Below, one piece after another: positions 1 through 8,917 of a stretch of 64,000 nucleotides of DNA. The DNA comes from Planctomycetota bacterium (GTDB lineage Bacteria; Planctomycetota; B15-G4): positions 101,223-165,222 of the forward strand of contig JAJDEQ010000102.1 in assembly GCA_029259695.1 (NCBI GenBank). The letters are read 5' to 3'. Position 1 is the stretch's first letter; the number at the start of each line of letters is the position of its first letter. The notes below the pieces were generated by a model. The model was not told the origin of the DNA. It searched no databases and saw only the letters and a list, made by a program, of their open reading frames with translations. The translations under genes were made by a program, and so were the position numbers.

Positions 1-1
1 T

Positions 2-1972
2 CGGCGCCTGTGGGACCTGACGCGCGGCGAACGGCTGCGTTACGGCGCCGCCGTGGCGTCCATGACGTTGGGTGTGATGCTCACCCTGATCGTCCCGGTC
101 GTCTGGCTGGGAGCCATCGACGCGATCGCCGGTCAACTCGGTGCGCCCGGCGGGGACGGCCCGGCGGCGACGAGCCCACAGAGCCAGGACGCCCAGGGCC
201 CTGACAGGCAGGGCGGGGACGCACAGGGCGGGGACGCACAGGGCCGGGACGCACAGGGCCGGGACGCACAGGGCCGGGACGCACGGGGCCAGGGCGTCCA
301 GGGCTTGTCGGGGAACCGCTCCCAGCCCGTGGAGGCGTGGTTCGCCGACCTCGCCGCCGAGCGGGGGCTGCGCAACACGCTGCTGATCGCCGCCGGGCTC
401 GGCGTGCTGTTGACGGTCCTGGCCGGCGCCTGTCACTACCTGCGCGGCCGCTGGTCGGCCCAGTCCGCCGAGCGCATCGTGCGCCGCCTGCGCGAGCGTC
501 TGTACGGACATTTGAGCGAGCTGCCTTGCCGCGAACTCGAACGGCTCGACACCGGTGACCTGGTGCAACGCTGCACGTCGGACGTGGAAACGGTCAAGAC
601 CTTCCTCTCGGTGCAGGTCGTGGAGATCGGCCGTGCCGCCCTGCTGCTGCTGTGCGTGCTGCCGTTGCTGGTGTGGTTGCACCCGCTCATGGCGGCGGTG
701 TCGCTGGCGCTGTTTCCGTTCATCATCGCCCTGGCGGTGGTGTTCTTCCGCCGCATCAAGACGGCCTTCCAGGCGGCGGACGAAGCCGAGGCGCGCATGA
801 CCAGCGTGTTGCAGGAGAACCTCACGGGCATCCGCGTGGTGCGCGCCTTCGCCCGGCAGGAGTTCGAGCAGGACAAGTTCGCGGCGGCCAACGCCGAACA
901 CCGGGACCTGACCGCGCGGCTGATCCGCCTGCTGGGCGACTACTGGGCCGTGTCGGACGGGCTGTGCTTCATGCAACTCGGCGCGGTGTTCCTCACCGGC
1001 GGCTGGCTCATGTCCCGGGGCGCGCTCAGTCTGGGTGAGTTCGTGGCCTTCCAGGTCCTGGTGACCATGGTCATCTGGCCGGTGCGCCAGTTGGGCCGCC
1101 TGCTCACCGACTCGGGCAAGGCGGTGGTGTCGCTCGGTCGCCTGGAGGAGGTGCTCAGGATCCCGGAGGAAGACGACGGCACGCAGGGGCAGGTCGCGCC
1201 GCCCTCCGTCCCGTTGCACGGCGAACTGGAACTGGCCGGGCTGGGCTTCGCCTTCGAGGCCCAGGACGAGCCGGTGCTCGACGACGTGTCGTTGCGCGTG
1301 GAGCCGGGTCAGACGCTGGCCCTGCTGGGGCCGCCGGGATCAGGCAAGTCGGTCCTGATCCAGTTGTTGCTGCGGCTCTACGACGGCTACGCGGGTTCGA
1401 TCCGGCTCGACGGCCGGGAACTGTCGACGCTGCCGCGCAAGGACGTGCGCGCGCAGATCGGCGCCGTGTTGGCCGAGCCCTTCCTGTACAGCCGCACGAT
1501 CGCCGACAACGTGCGCGTGGGCTGGGCCGACGCGCCCGAGGATGCGTTGCACCAGGCCACGTCATCGGCGGCGATCCACGAAGCGGTTGTGGGCTTTCGC
1601 GACGGTTACGAGACCCTCGTGGGCGAGCGCGGCGTGACCCTCTCGGGTGGACAGCGGCAGCGCCTCGCCCTGGCGCGCGCGTTGCTCAAGGACCCCGCGA
1701 TCCTGGTGCTCGACGATGCCCTGAGTGCGGTGGACACCCACACCGAGGCGCACATCCTGGAGGCCCTGCGCGCCCGCCGCGGCCGACGCACGACGATCAT
1801 CATCTCGCACCGGCTGTCGTCGGTGGTGCACGCCGATCAGATCGTGGTGCTCGAACGGGGGCGCGTGGTGCAGGCCGGGACGCACGCCGAACTCACCGCG
1901 CGCGAGGGACCCTACGAACGCTTGTGGCGCATCCAGGGTGCGCTCGAGGCGACCATCGGAGAGACGGCATGA
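2..1972 (+). CDS. ABC transporter, fused permease/ATP-binding subunit (exporter type, MsbA-like fold); 5' end lies outside the window
   Basis: The reading frame is open from window position 2 with no upstream stop (..RRLWDLTRGERLRYGAAVASMTLGV..), so the true start is upstream. The N-terminal half is hydrophobic (TM helices). The C-terminal half has Walker A LLGPPGSGKS, ABC signature LSGGQRQRLALARAL and Walker B ILVLDDA. The first extracytoplasmic loop carries a DAQG(G/R) 5-residue tandem repeat. Confidence 0.85.
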   Translation, partial: RRLWDLTRGERLRYGAAVASMTLGVMLTLIVPVVWLGAIDAIAGQLGAPGGDGPAATSPQSQDAQGPDRQGGDAQGGDAQGRDAQGRDAQGRDARGQGVQGLSGNRSQPVEAWFADLAAERGLRNTLLIAAGLGVLLTVLAGACHYLRGRWSAQSAERIVRRLRERLYGHLSELPCRELERLDTGDLVQRCTSDVETVKTFLSVQVVEIGRAALLLLCVLPLLVWLHPLMAAVSLALFPFIIALAVVFFRRIKTAFQAADEAEARMTSVLQENLTGIRVVRAFARQEFEQDKFAAANAEHRDLTARLIRLLGDYWAVSDGLCFMQLGAVFLTGGWLMSRGALSLGEFVAFQVLVTMVIWPVRQLGRLLTDSGKAVVSLGRLEEVLRIPEEDDGTQGQVAPPSVPLHGELELAGLGFAFEAQDEPVLDDVSLRVEPGQTLALLGPPGSGKSVLIQLLLRLYDGYAGSIRLDGRELSTLPRKDVRAQIGAVLAEPFLYSRTIADNVRVGWADAPEDALHQATSSAAIHEAVVGFRDGYETLVGERGVTLSGGQRQRLALARALLKDPAILVLDDALSAVDTHTEAHILEALRARRGRRTTIIISHRLSSVVHADQIVVLERGRVVQAGTHAELTAREGPYERLWRIQGALEATIGETA

Positions 1973-3801
1973 GCCAGGTGCTGACACTCACGGACGAGCA
2001 CGACGACGAGCCCCAGGAAGGCGTGGACTGGGCGCTGTGGCGGCGCCTGCTGCAGTACACGCGACCCTATCGGCGCGACGTCAGGCTGCTGATGCTGGGC
2101 GCACTGGGCGCCGCGGCGACCGAGGTCGCGTTCCCGCTGCTCACGCGCGTGCTGGTGGACGACGTGGCCGCCGGCACGGCCGTCGACTTCGTCGGCTACG
2201 GCCTGCGCTACGCCGCGTTGATCGCGCTGATGGTCGCCTCGGTGTGGCTGTTCATCTACGTCGGCGGCCGGCTGCGCACGCACATCGGTCACGACATCCG
2301 CCGCGACGGCTTCGAGAACCTGCAACGCCTCTCGTTCAGCTACTTCGACCGGCGTCCGGTGGGCTGGCTGATGGCGCGCATGACCGCCGACTGCGACCGG
2401 CTCACCATGATCCTGGCCTGGGGTGTGCTCGACATCGTGTGGGGCACGGCGCTCACGCTCGGCATCGCGGCCGCCATGCTGGCCATGAACGTGGGCCTGG
2501 GGCTGCTCGTGCTGGCGGTGGTGCCGGTGCTGGCCTGGGTCAGCCTGCGCTTCCAGAAGCGCCTGCTGCTGACCTCGCGCAACATCCGCGGCATGAACTC
2601 GCGCATCACGGCGGCCTACAACGAGCACGTCATGGGTGTGCGCACGAGCAAGATCTTCGTGCGCGAACAGCACGACCTGGCGCGTTTCGGTGAGCTCACG
2701 GCGGCGATGCAGGCGGCCTCGGTGCGCAACGCCGTGCTGGCGGCGCTGTACCTGCCGCTGGTGATGACGCTGGGCAGCGTGGCCGCCGGCCTGGCCCTGG
2801 CCCAGGGTGGCTTCTCGGCGGTGGCCGGCAGCATCAGCGTGGGCACGCTGGTGGCCTTCGTGACCTACGCCGGCAAGTTCTTCGAGCCGGTGCAGGAGCT
2901 GGCTGCCGTGTTCGCGGAGCTGCAGATGGCCCAGGCGGCGGCCGAGCGCATCGTGGGCCTGGTGGAAGCCGAGCCGGAGATCGTCGACGGACCCGACGTG
3001 CGTGCGGCCGCGGCGCGCGGCGACGTGCACGCGCCCATGTCGGGCGCGCTCGAGTTCCGCGACGTGTGCTTCGCCTACGAGACGGGGGAGCCGGTGCTCG
3101 AACACTTCGACCTGGTGGTGCAGCCCGGCGAGACGATCGCCCTGGTGGGCGCCACCGGCGGCGGCAAGTCCACCATCGTCAACCTGCTGTGTCGCTTCTA
3201 CGAACCCACCAGCGGCGAGATCCTGATCGACGGCGTGGACTACCGCCGGCACGGTCTGCACTGGCTGCACGCCCAGTTGGGGATCGTGAGTCAGGTGCCG
3301 CACCTGTTCCGCGGCACGATCACCGACAACATCCGCTACGGACGACTCGATGCCGGCGACGACGAAGTGCGCGAGGCCGCGCGCCTGGCCGGCGCCGACG
3401 ACGTGATCGCGGCCCTGCCGGACGGCTTCGACGCCGAAGTGGGTGAGGGCGGCGCGCGCCTCTCGACCGGTGCGCGCCAGCTCGTGTCGTTCGCCCGGGC
3501 GATCCTGGCCCGGCCGCGGCTGGTGGTGCTGGACGAGGCCACCTCGTCGGTGGACACCGAGACCGAGGAGCGCATCCAGGCGGGCCTGGAGCACGTGCTC
3601 GCGGACCGCACGAGCTTCGTCATCGCCCACCGGCTGTCCACGGTGCGTTCGGCCGACCGCATCCTGGTGATCGACGGCGGGCGCATGCTGGAGGTGGGGA
3701 GCCACGCCGAACTCATGGCGCGCCGCGGGCGCTACCACGCGCTGTACACCCGCCAGAGCCTGCGTGACGTGAGCCGCGTCGAGGGGGCCTGGCCGGTCTG
3801 A
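1969..3801 (+). CDS. ABC transporter, fused permease/ATP-binding subunit (second half-transporter of a probable heterodimeric exporter)
   Basis: ATG at 1969 overlaps the TGA of the upstream gene (ATGA). TM domain is followed by Walker A GATGGGKST, signature LSTGARQLVSFARA, Walker B LVVLDEATS and a H-loop. Confidence 0.85.
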   Translation: MSQVLTLTDEHDDEPQEGVDWALWRRLLQYTRPYRRDVRLLMLGALGAAATEVAFPLLTRVLVDDVAAGTAVDFVGYGLRYAALIALMVASVWLFIYVGGRLRTHIGHDIRRDGFENLQRLSFSYFDRRPVGWLMARMTADCDRLTMILAWGVLDIVWGTALTLGIAAAMLAMNVGLGLLVLAVVPVLAWVSLRFQKRLLLTSRNIRGMNSRITAAYNEHVMGVRTSKIFVREQHDLARFGELTAAMQAASVRNAVLAALYLPLVMTLGSVAAGLALAQGGFSAVAGSISVGTLVAFVTYAGKFFEPVQELAAVFAELQMAQAAAERIVGLVEAEPEIVDGPDVRAAAARGDVHAPMSGALEFRDVCFAYETGEPVLEHFDLVVQPGETIALVGATGGGKSTIVNLLCRFYEPTSGEILIDGVDYRRHGLHWLHAQLGIVSQVPHLFRGTITDNIRYGRLDAGDDEVREAARLAGADDVIAALPDGFDAEVGEGGARLSTGARQLVSFARAILARPRLVVLDEATSSVDTETEERIQAGLEHVLADRTSFVIAHRLSTVRSADRILVIDGGRMLEVGSHAELMARRGRYHALYTRQSLRDVSRVEGAWPV

Positions 3802-3818
3802 GCGAGGGTCGGCGCGGG

Positions 3819-5606
3819 ATGGACGGTATGATCCCGCGCCGACCGTTCCTCGCGCCCCACTCGGGAAGATCCGTGGACCCAGCTCCCGCCAGCTCGGCTC
3901 GTCCGGGGCCGGTCCCGAACGCATCGAGACCGGCGACATCGGCGGGCGCCGCGGCCGGCGCCCGCTCAGCGCCCGAGCGATCGGCGACGGCCCTCGACGG
4001 GGAGCACTTCGACGTGGTCGTGGTGGGTGCCGGCATCGGCGGGCTGGTCGCCGGCGCGCTGCTGGCCCGGGCGGGGCGTCGGGTGCTGGTGGTCGAGCAG
4101 CACGCCATCGCGGGGGGCAACGCCACGATCTTCCGGCGCCCCGGCTACGAGTTCGACGTGGGTCTGCACTACGTGGGCAGCTGTCATCCCGACGGCGTGA
4201 TCCCACGCATCCTGCGGGCGGCGGGGGCCGACGACGTGGTCTTCGGCGAGCTCGACCCGGACGGCTACGACATCCTGGTCTTCCCCGACATGCGCGTGGC
4301 CCTGCCCAAGGGCATCGATCGCTTCCGCGACCGGCTGTGCGAACACTTCCCCGCTGAGCGCGCCGGCATCGATCGCTACGTCTCCTTCCTGCGCCAGATG
4401 CAGCGGGTGATGACGGCCTGGCCCCAGCCCTGGCGCCTGGGCGCGGCCATGCTCAGTGCGCCGCGCATGTGGAAGGGGCCGCGACAGACCTTCGCCGAGC
4501 TGCTGGCCGACACCACGGCCGACCCGCGCCTGCGCGCGGTGCTGTCGGCCCAGCACGCCGGCTACGCCCTGCCGCCCAGCCGCGCCTCGGCCCTGGTGGG
4601 CGCCGGGATCACGCTGCACTACCTGGAGGGCGCCTACTACCCGCGCGGCGGGGGACAGGTGCTCTCCGACCGACTGGTCGACGGGCTGCGGGCGGCGGGC
4701 GGCGAGCTGCGCCTGCGCACGTCGGTGCAGCGCATCGTGGTGGAGCGGGGCCGGGTGGCCGGGGTCGAGTTGCGGGACGCGGGCGCGGACAGCGACAGCG
4801 TCAGCCTCGTGCGCGCCGACACCGTGGTCTCGAACGCCGACCTCAAGCGCACCTACGGCGAGTTGCTGGCCCCGGCGGACGTGGGCTCGCGCACCCGGAC
4901 GCGGGCGGCCGAGTTTGTCATGGCGCCGGCCATGGGCGTGCTCTACCTCGGGCTGGCCGACGCTCCCGGTGCGGCGGCCGGCCTGCCCCGCGCCAACTAC
5001 TGGCTCGTGCCCGAGGACGACGTCGAGGCGCACTACGCGGCGGTGGAGGCGGGAGACTTCCACCCCCGTCCCGGGGCGTTCGTGACGCTGGCGAGCGCAA
5101 AGGACCCCGAGCACCCCGACCTGTCGCCCCCGGGTGTCACCAACGTCCAGGTGATGACCGCCGCGCCCTGTGCCTCCGGCGCGTGGGGGCTGGCCGACCA
5201 GCCCCCGTTGCAGGGGGACGCCCGCGCGCGCCTGGCCTACCGGCGGGCCCCCGCCTACCGGGAGCGCAAGGCGGCCTTCGCCGAGACGCTGCTCGACGTG
5301 TCGGAGCTGCTCTGGCCGGACGTGCGGGAGCGGGCGGTGTTCCAGGAGGTCTCGACGCCCATCACGCACACCCGCTACACGCGCTCGAGCGGCGGCACCT
5401 CCTACGGGATCGCCGCCACGCCGGAGCAGTTCGTGCTGCGTCGACCGGCGGCCCGGACCGAGTTGGAGGGGCTGCTGCTGTGCGGCGCGAGCTGCCGCGC
5501 CGGGCACGGCATCCTGGGGGCGGCCGTGTCGGGCCTGCTGGCCGCGGCGGCGGCCCTGCCCGGCCACCTGGAGCGGGACGTGCTCGGCGGCCGCCGCGCG
5601 CCGTGA
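3819..5606 (+). CDS. FAD/NAD(P)-binding oxidoreductase, phytoene desaturase (CrtI)/retinol-saturase-like family
   Basis: Rossmann dinucleotide motif DVVVVGAGIGGLVAGALLARAG..VLVVEQH near the N-terminus. Length ~590 aa is typical of the CrtI-like amine-oxidase fold. The exact start is uncertain (several in-frame Met). Confidence 0.65.
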   Translation: MDGMIPRRPFLAPHSGRSVDPAPASSARPGPVPNASRPATSAGAAAGARSAPERSATALDGEHFDVVVVGAGIGGLVAGALLARAGRRVLVVEQHAIAGGNATIFRRPGYEFDVGLHYVGSCHPDGVIPRILRAAGADDVVFGELDPDGYDILVFPDMRVALPKGIDRFRDRLCEHFPAERAGIDRYVSFLRQMQRVMTAWPQPWRLGAAMLSAPRMWKGPRQTFAELLADTTADPRLRAVLSAQHAGYALPPSRASALVGAGITLHYLEGAYYPRGGGQVLSDRLVDGLRAAGGELRLRTSVQRIVVERGRVAGVELRDAGADSDSVSLVRADTVVSNADLKRTYGELLAPADVGSRTRTRAAEFVMAPAMGVLYLGLADAPGAAAGLPRANYWLVPEDDVEAHYAAVEAGDFHPRPGAFVTLASAKDPEHPDLSPPGVTNVQVMTAAPCASGAWGLADQPPLQGDARARLAYRRAPAYRERKAAFAETLLDVSELLWPDVRERAVFQEVSTPITHTRYTRSSGGTSYGIAATPEQFVLRRPAARTELEGLLLCGASCRAGHGILGAAVSGLLAAAAALPGHLERDVLGGRRAP

Positions 5607-5853
5607 CCGCGGACCCCACGGGGCTCGCTGACCGCGGCTCGCCCCCCGACCGGTGTCTGCCGGTGCAGCGCCCCAAGGCGCCCGGCCGGCTGCCGCCGGC
5701 GGGACGATTCCAGCTCCGGGGCGCCCCTGGCCGATCAGTGTGACACGGACGAGGCGGTGGTAGTCTCGCGCCCAAGACCGGTTCCGACCGGCGCGGGCCG
5801 GGAGCTCACCGGCCCCGAGAACAACACCCTGTCCATCGACATCGGGAGACAGC

Positions 5854-6750
5854 ATGAGCGGCGGCGTGACCCTCGTCCTGGGCGGTGGCGGCTTCAAGGG
5901 CCTGGCCCACATCGGTGTGCTCAGCGTGCTGCAGGAGCAGGGCATCCCCGTCGAGCGGATCGTCGGCTCGAGCGTGGGCTCGCTGATCGGCGGCATGTTC
6001 TGCGCCCTGGAGGACGCCGCCCGGGTGGAGGAGATCGCCCTGGGCTTCGTGCGCTCCGACGCCTTCGAGCTGCCCAAGTTCAGCCAGACCTCCGAGCACG
6101 CCACCTCGGCCTCGTTCATGTCCCGGGTGGTCCTGGGCATCAAGCGGCAGGTCGCCTTCGAGCGCATGTTCCGCCGGCCCAGCGCGTTCGGCGCCACGCC
6201 CCTGCGCTTCATCGTCGGCAGCCTGCTGCCGCACCTCCAGATCGAGGAACTCAGCATCCCCCTCGGGGTTTGTGCCCTCGACCTCGGTCGCGGCGAGGAG
6301 GTGCTGCTCTCCCACGGCGATCTGGTCAGCGCGGTGGTGGCATCGAGCGCCGTGCCGGGCTTCTTCCCGCCGGTGGAGCGCGAAGGCTCGCTGCTGGTGG
6401 ATGCGGGCCTGGTGAACAACCTGCCCACCCGGCTGGCCCGCAGCCTGGGTGCCATGCGCGTGGTGTCCGTGGACCTCAGCTCCGGGCTCGGGGCCCATCG
6501 CTCGGACTCGGTGGGCATGGATGTGCTGTTCCGCGTGCAGGACATCACGACCCGCCTGGGCAACCGGCGCTCGGCGGATCACGCCGACGTGGTCCTGTGC
6601 CCTGAACTCGCCGGCCGCAACTGGCTCGACGCCAGCGAGCCCGAGACGCTGATCGCAGCCGGGGCCGAAGCGGCCCGCCGGGCCCTGCCCGAGATCGAGC
6701 TGCTGCTCTCGGCCCGCAGCGGCCCCGCCGAACCCCGCGCCGTCGGCTGA
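5854..6750 (+). CDS. patatin-like phospholipase
   Basis: Oxyanion-hole glycine motif GGGGFKG near the N-terminus, nucleophile elbow GSSVGS (GxSxG) and a downstream DAG catalytic Asp motif (VDAGLVNNLP). Confidence 0.8.
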   Translation: MSGGVTLVLGGGGFKGLAHIGVLSVLQEQGIPVERIVGSSVGSLIGGMFCALEDAARVEEIALGFVRSDAFELPKFSQTSEHATSASFMSRVVLGIKRQVAFERMFRRPSAFGATPLRFIVGSLLPHLQIEELSIPLGVCALDLGRGEEVLLSHGDLVSAVVASSAVPGFFPPVEREGSLLVDAGLVNNLPTRLARSLGAMRVVSVDLSSGLGAHRSDSVGMDVLFRVQDITTRLGNRRSADHADVVLCPELAGRNWLDASEPETLIAAGAEAARRALPEIELLLSARSGPAEPRAVG

Positions 6751-6845
6751 CACCAGCGCGCACCGCGGTCTCCCGGGCCGGCGACCCGGCGGGCATGCAG
6801 TGCATCACTCCGCGTGCCGCGGTCTGTGGGTGGGCTGGAATTGTT

Positions 6846-6881
6846 GAGGGCCCCCCTCACCCACAGGTGAGGGGGGCCCTC
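6846..6881. terminator. perfect 16 bp GC-rich stem with 4 nt loop between convergent genes (candidate bidirectional intrinsic terminator)
   Basis: GAGGGCCCCCCTCACC-caca-GGTGAGGGGGGCCCTC read directly; lies between the patatin stop (6750) and the minus-strand gene stop (6933). No U-tract, as is common in high-GC genomes. Confidence 0.5.
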
Positions 6882-6932
6882 AGTCGGAGTTGCGTCAGGT
6901 CCGAAGACCGTCAGCGACTTCGTTCTCGAGGA

Positions 6933-8522
6933 TTAGTCGAGGACGAACATCTCCTTGCGACCACTGGTCGACGCGTCGTTCGGGTCACAGGTGAGACCGC
7001 CACCGTGCGACAGACCGGACGTGCCGTAGTGGATCGGCACGGAGAGGCCGATGCACAGAGCCGACGGGGAGGTCGGCAAGTGGATCGACGTACCCGCGAT
7101 GTGATCATCCGCACCCGTACCATCCGTGAAGCCTTCCGGATCCGGGAAACCGGACGGAGCGGCGCTGGTGGTGTGGGTGAAGATGTTCAACAGGGTGGTG
7201 GCAATCGCCTGCGGGGCGGCAGCCGACGGGTCGTTGGCGTGGAGGCCGAACGGACGACGGGTGAGCCCGAAGAAGCAGGTCACGTCGGTGGTGGCCGACG
7301 GGTCCTTGCCGAAGAAACCATCCCAGTCGAACTCGATCCAGGTCAGGCGCTCAGAACCACGAGCGGCGCCACCGAGGTAGCTACGCGTGTCCCAAGTGTG
7401 GAAGCCCAGCGTGGGGAGCTTGCCACCGCCGCCACCGGATCCACCAGCGGGATCCTGCGGAGCGAGGGTCGGAGCGGCTGCGGCGTCGTTGAAGTCGCCC
7501 ACACCCGTCGTACCCGTGAGGCTGATGGCCTTGGCACCACGACCAGCATCGTAACCACCGTTGAGGTCGATCAGCGGGAAGCCGCCGACGCCCGGGTTGG
7601 TGTTTTCGGTCTGGGTCGCGTAGGTGTTGAAGCCACTGAGCTCAGCACCGTTCGGAGCAAGCGCGGCCGTCGTGTTGGCCTCGAAGCTGCTCTGGTGGTA
7701 GCTGAAGTCGGTCGTTGCCGGGTTCAGGAACAGGATGCCGAAGTTGGCGGCGGACTCGACCGAGTTGGACTGCCAGATGTTCAGCTCGTCGAACGAGTAG
7801 CCCCAGTAGCTGCGGCTGTCGCCGTGACGCGTACCAGCCTGGTTCCAGTGCCACCAGCCGTCGATGTCGTCGAGACCGGCGACGGTCGTGGGCGTGAAGC
7901 CCAGCTCGAAGCTGAAGCAGCCCGTGGGCAGGTTGGCGGAAGCCACGAAGCCGATGGCGGCGATCAGGGTCGCGGTGCCACCATCAGAGCTCGGAAGCAG
8001 ACCACCGTTCGGAACGATGAACGCAGCCGTGCCCAGGAAGCTCGGCAGACCGGCGAGAAGGAAGCTCGCCGAACCACTCGGGCTCGTGCCGTAGGGCTGA
8101 CCGAAACCGGTGTTCAGAAGGCCGGTGGCCAAGCACGACGGGCGCGTGAAGACGCTGTCGACGTTGGCGTTGAGACCATCGAACTCCCACCAAGACCAAC
8201 CGGGGTTGTACGAGGCAGCGCCCGTACCACCGGCGTTCAGGAGGCAGACGAGGTGACGCCAGTTGACCATCTTGTAGCCGAAGTCGCCGGAGAAGACGGC
8301 GACCGAAGAGCCGCGGAGATCTTCGCCGCCGACCCAGGTGCCGATGCCGTCAGCAGAGGTCGTGAGGCCGCCACCAGCGCCGAGGCCGGTGTAGAAGCCG
8401 TCGAAGCCGTTGGACAACGGGCCGTAGTTGTCCTCGTTGCCCTGACCGAAGGCCGGAGCCGCGGTAAGAGCCAAGGCCAACGCACCAAACGATGCGGCGC
8501 GTGAGAAACGCATGCCAAACAT
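6933..8522 (-). CDS. secreted hypothetical protein, Gly/Thr/Ser/Asn- and aromatic-rich (possible outer-membrane or cell-surface protein)
   Basis: Start chosen at internal MFGMRFSRAASFGALALALTAAPAFGQ, a canonical signal peptide (8813-97 codons). The upstream part of the long ORF is low-complexity and was discarded. No recognisable catalytic motifs; alternating aromatic/small residues suggest beta-rich architecture. Confidence 0.55.
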   Translation of the reverse strand: MFGMRFSRAASFGALALALTAAPAFGQGNEDNYGPLSNGFDGFYTGLGAGGGLTTSADGIGTWVGGEDLRGSSVAVFSGDFGYKMVNWRHLVCLLNAGGTGAASYNPGWSWWEFDGLNANVDSVFTRPSCLATGLLNTGFGQPYGTSPSGSASFLLAGLPSFLGTAAFIVPNGGLLPSSDGGTATLIAAIGFVASANLPTGCFSFELGFTPTTVAGLDDIDGWWHWNQAGTRHGDSRSYWGYSFDELNIWQSNSVESAANFGILFLNPATTDFSYHQSSFEANTTAALAPNGAELSGFNTYATQTENTNPGVGGFPLIDLNGGYDAGRGAKAISLTGTTGVGDFNDAAAAPTLAPQDPAGGSGGGGGKLPTLGFHTWDTRSYLGGAARGSERLTWIEFDWDGFFGKDPSATTDVTCFFGLTRRPFGLHANDPSAAAPQAIATTLLNIFTHTTSAAPSGFPDPEGFTDGTGADDHIAGTSIHLPTSPSALCIGLSVPIHYGTSGLSHGGGLTCDPNDASTSGRKEMFVLD

Positions 8523-8917
8523 ATGAGAATCCTCAGGGAGGGAAGCAGGAAGTCCTGGGTGGGAACACCTGGGGAGGTGGTGACGTGGGTGGGTGTTGCT
8601 CGGGCTCGACGGGTGGTTCGAGGTCCAAGCGGGTGCGCCGCGGCGCGAAGGCTCGACGTCGTAGGTGCAGGGTCCGGGGTGGGTGGGGAGAACCTTCGCT
8701 CTGGCCGGCATACGGATCGGGAGCCAGCGCGGAATACAGCGAGCCACAAAGCCTACACCCTGTGGTGGTTGTGTCAATGAGGTGGCTCCCGGGTGAAGAC
8801 CGCGTCTGGGCACCCCGGCGGGGCCCGCCCGCGGGTTGACGCTCCGGCCCGGATCTGCGAGCCTCTCCGGCCCTTTTCCGCCACCTCCGCGGCACCCCGT
8901 GACTCCGCGCAGGACCC

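Noticed and set aside
1912-6563. Very long minus-strand ORFs (1912-4206, 764 aa; 3966-6563, 865 aa) opposite the ABC transporter, FAD oxidoreductase and patatin genes
   Set aside because: Arg/Ala/Pro/Gly-rich low-complexity translations, typical antisense open frames in ~70% GC DNA. The plus-strand genes have unambiguous catalytic motifs (Walker A/B, GxGxxG, GxSxG).
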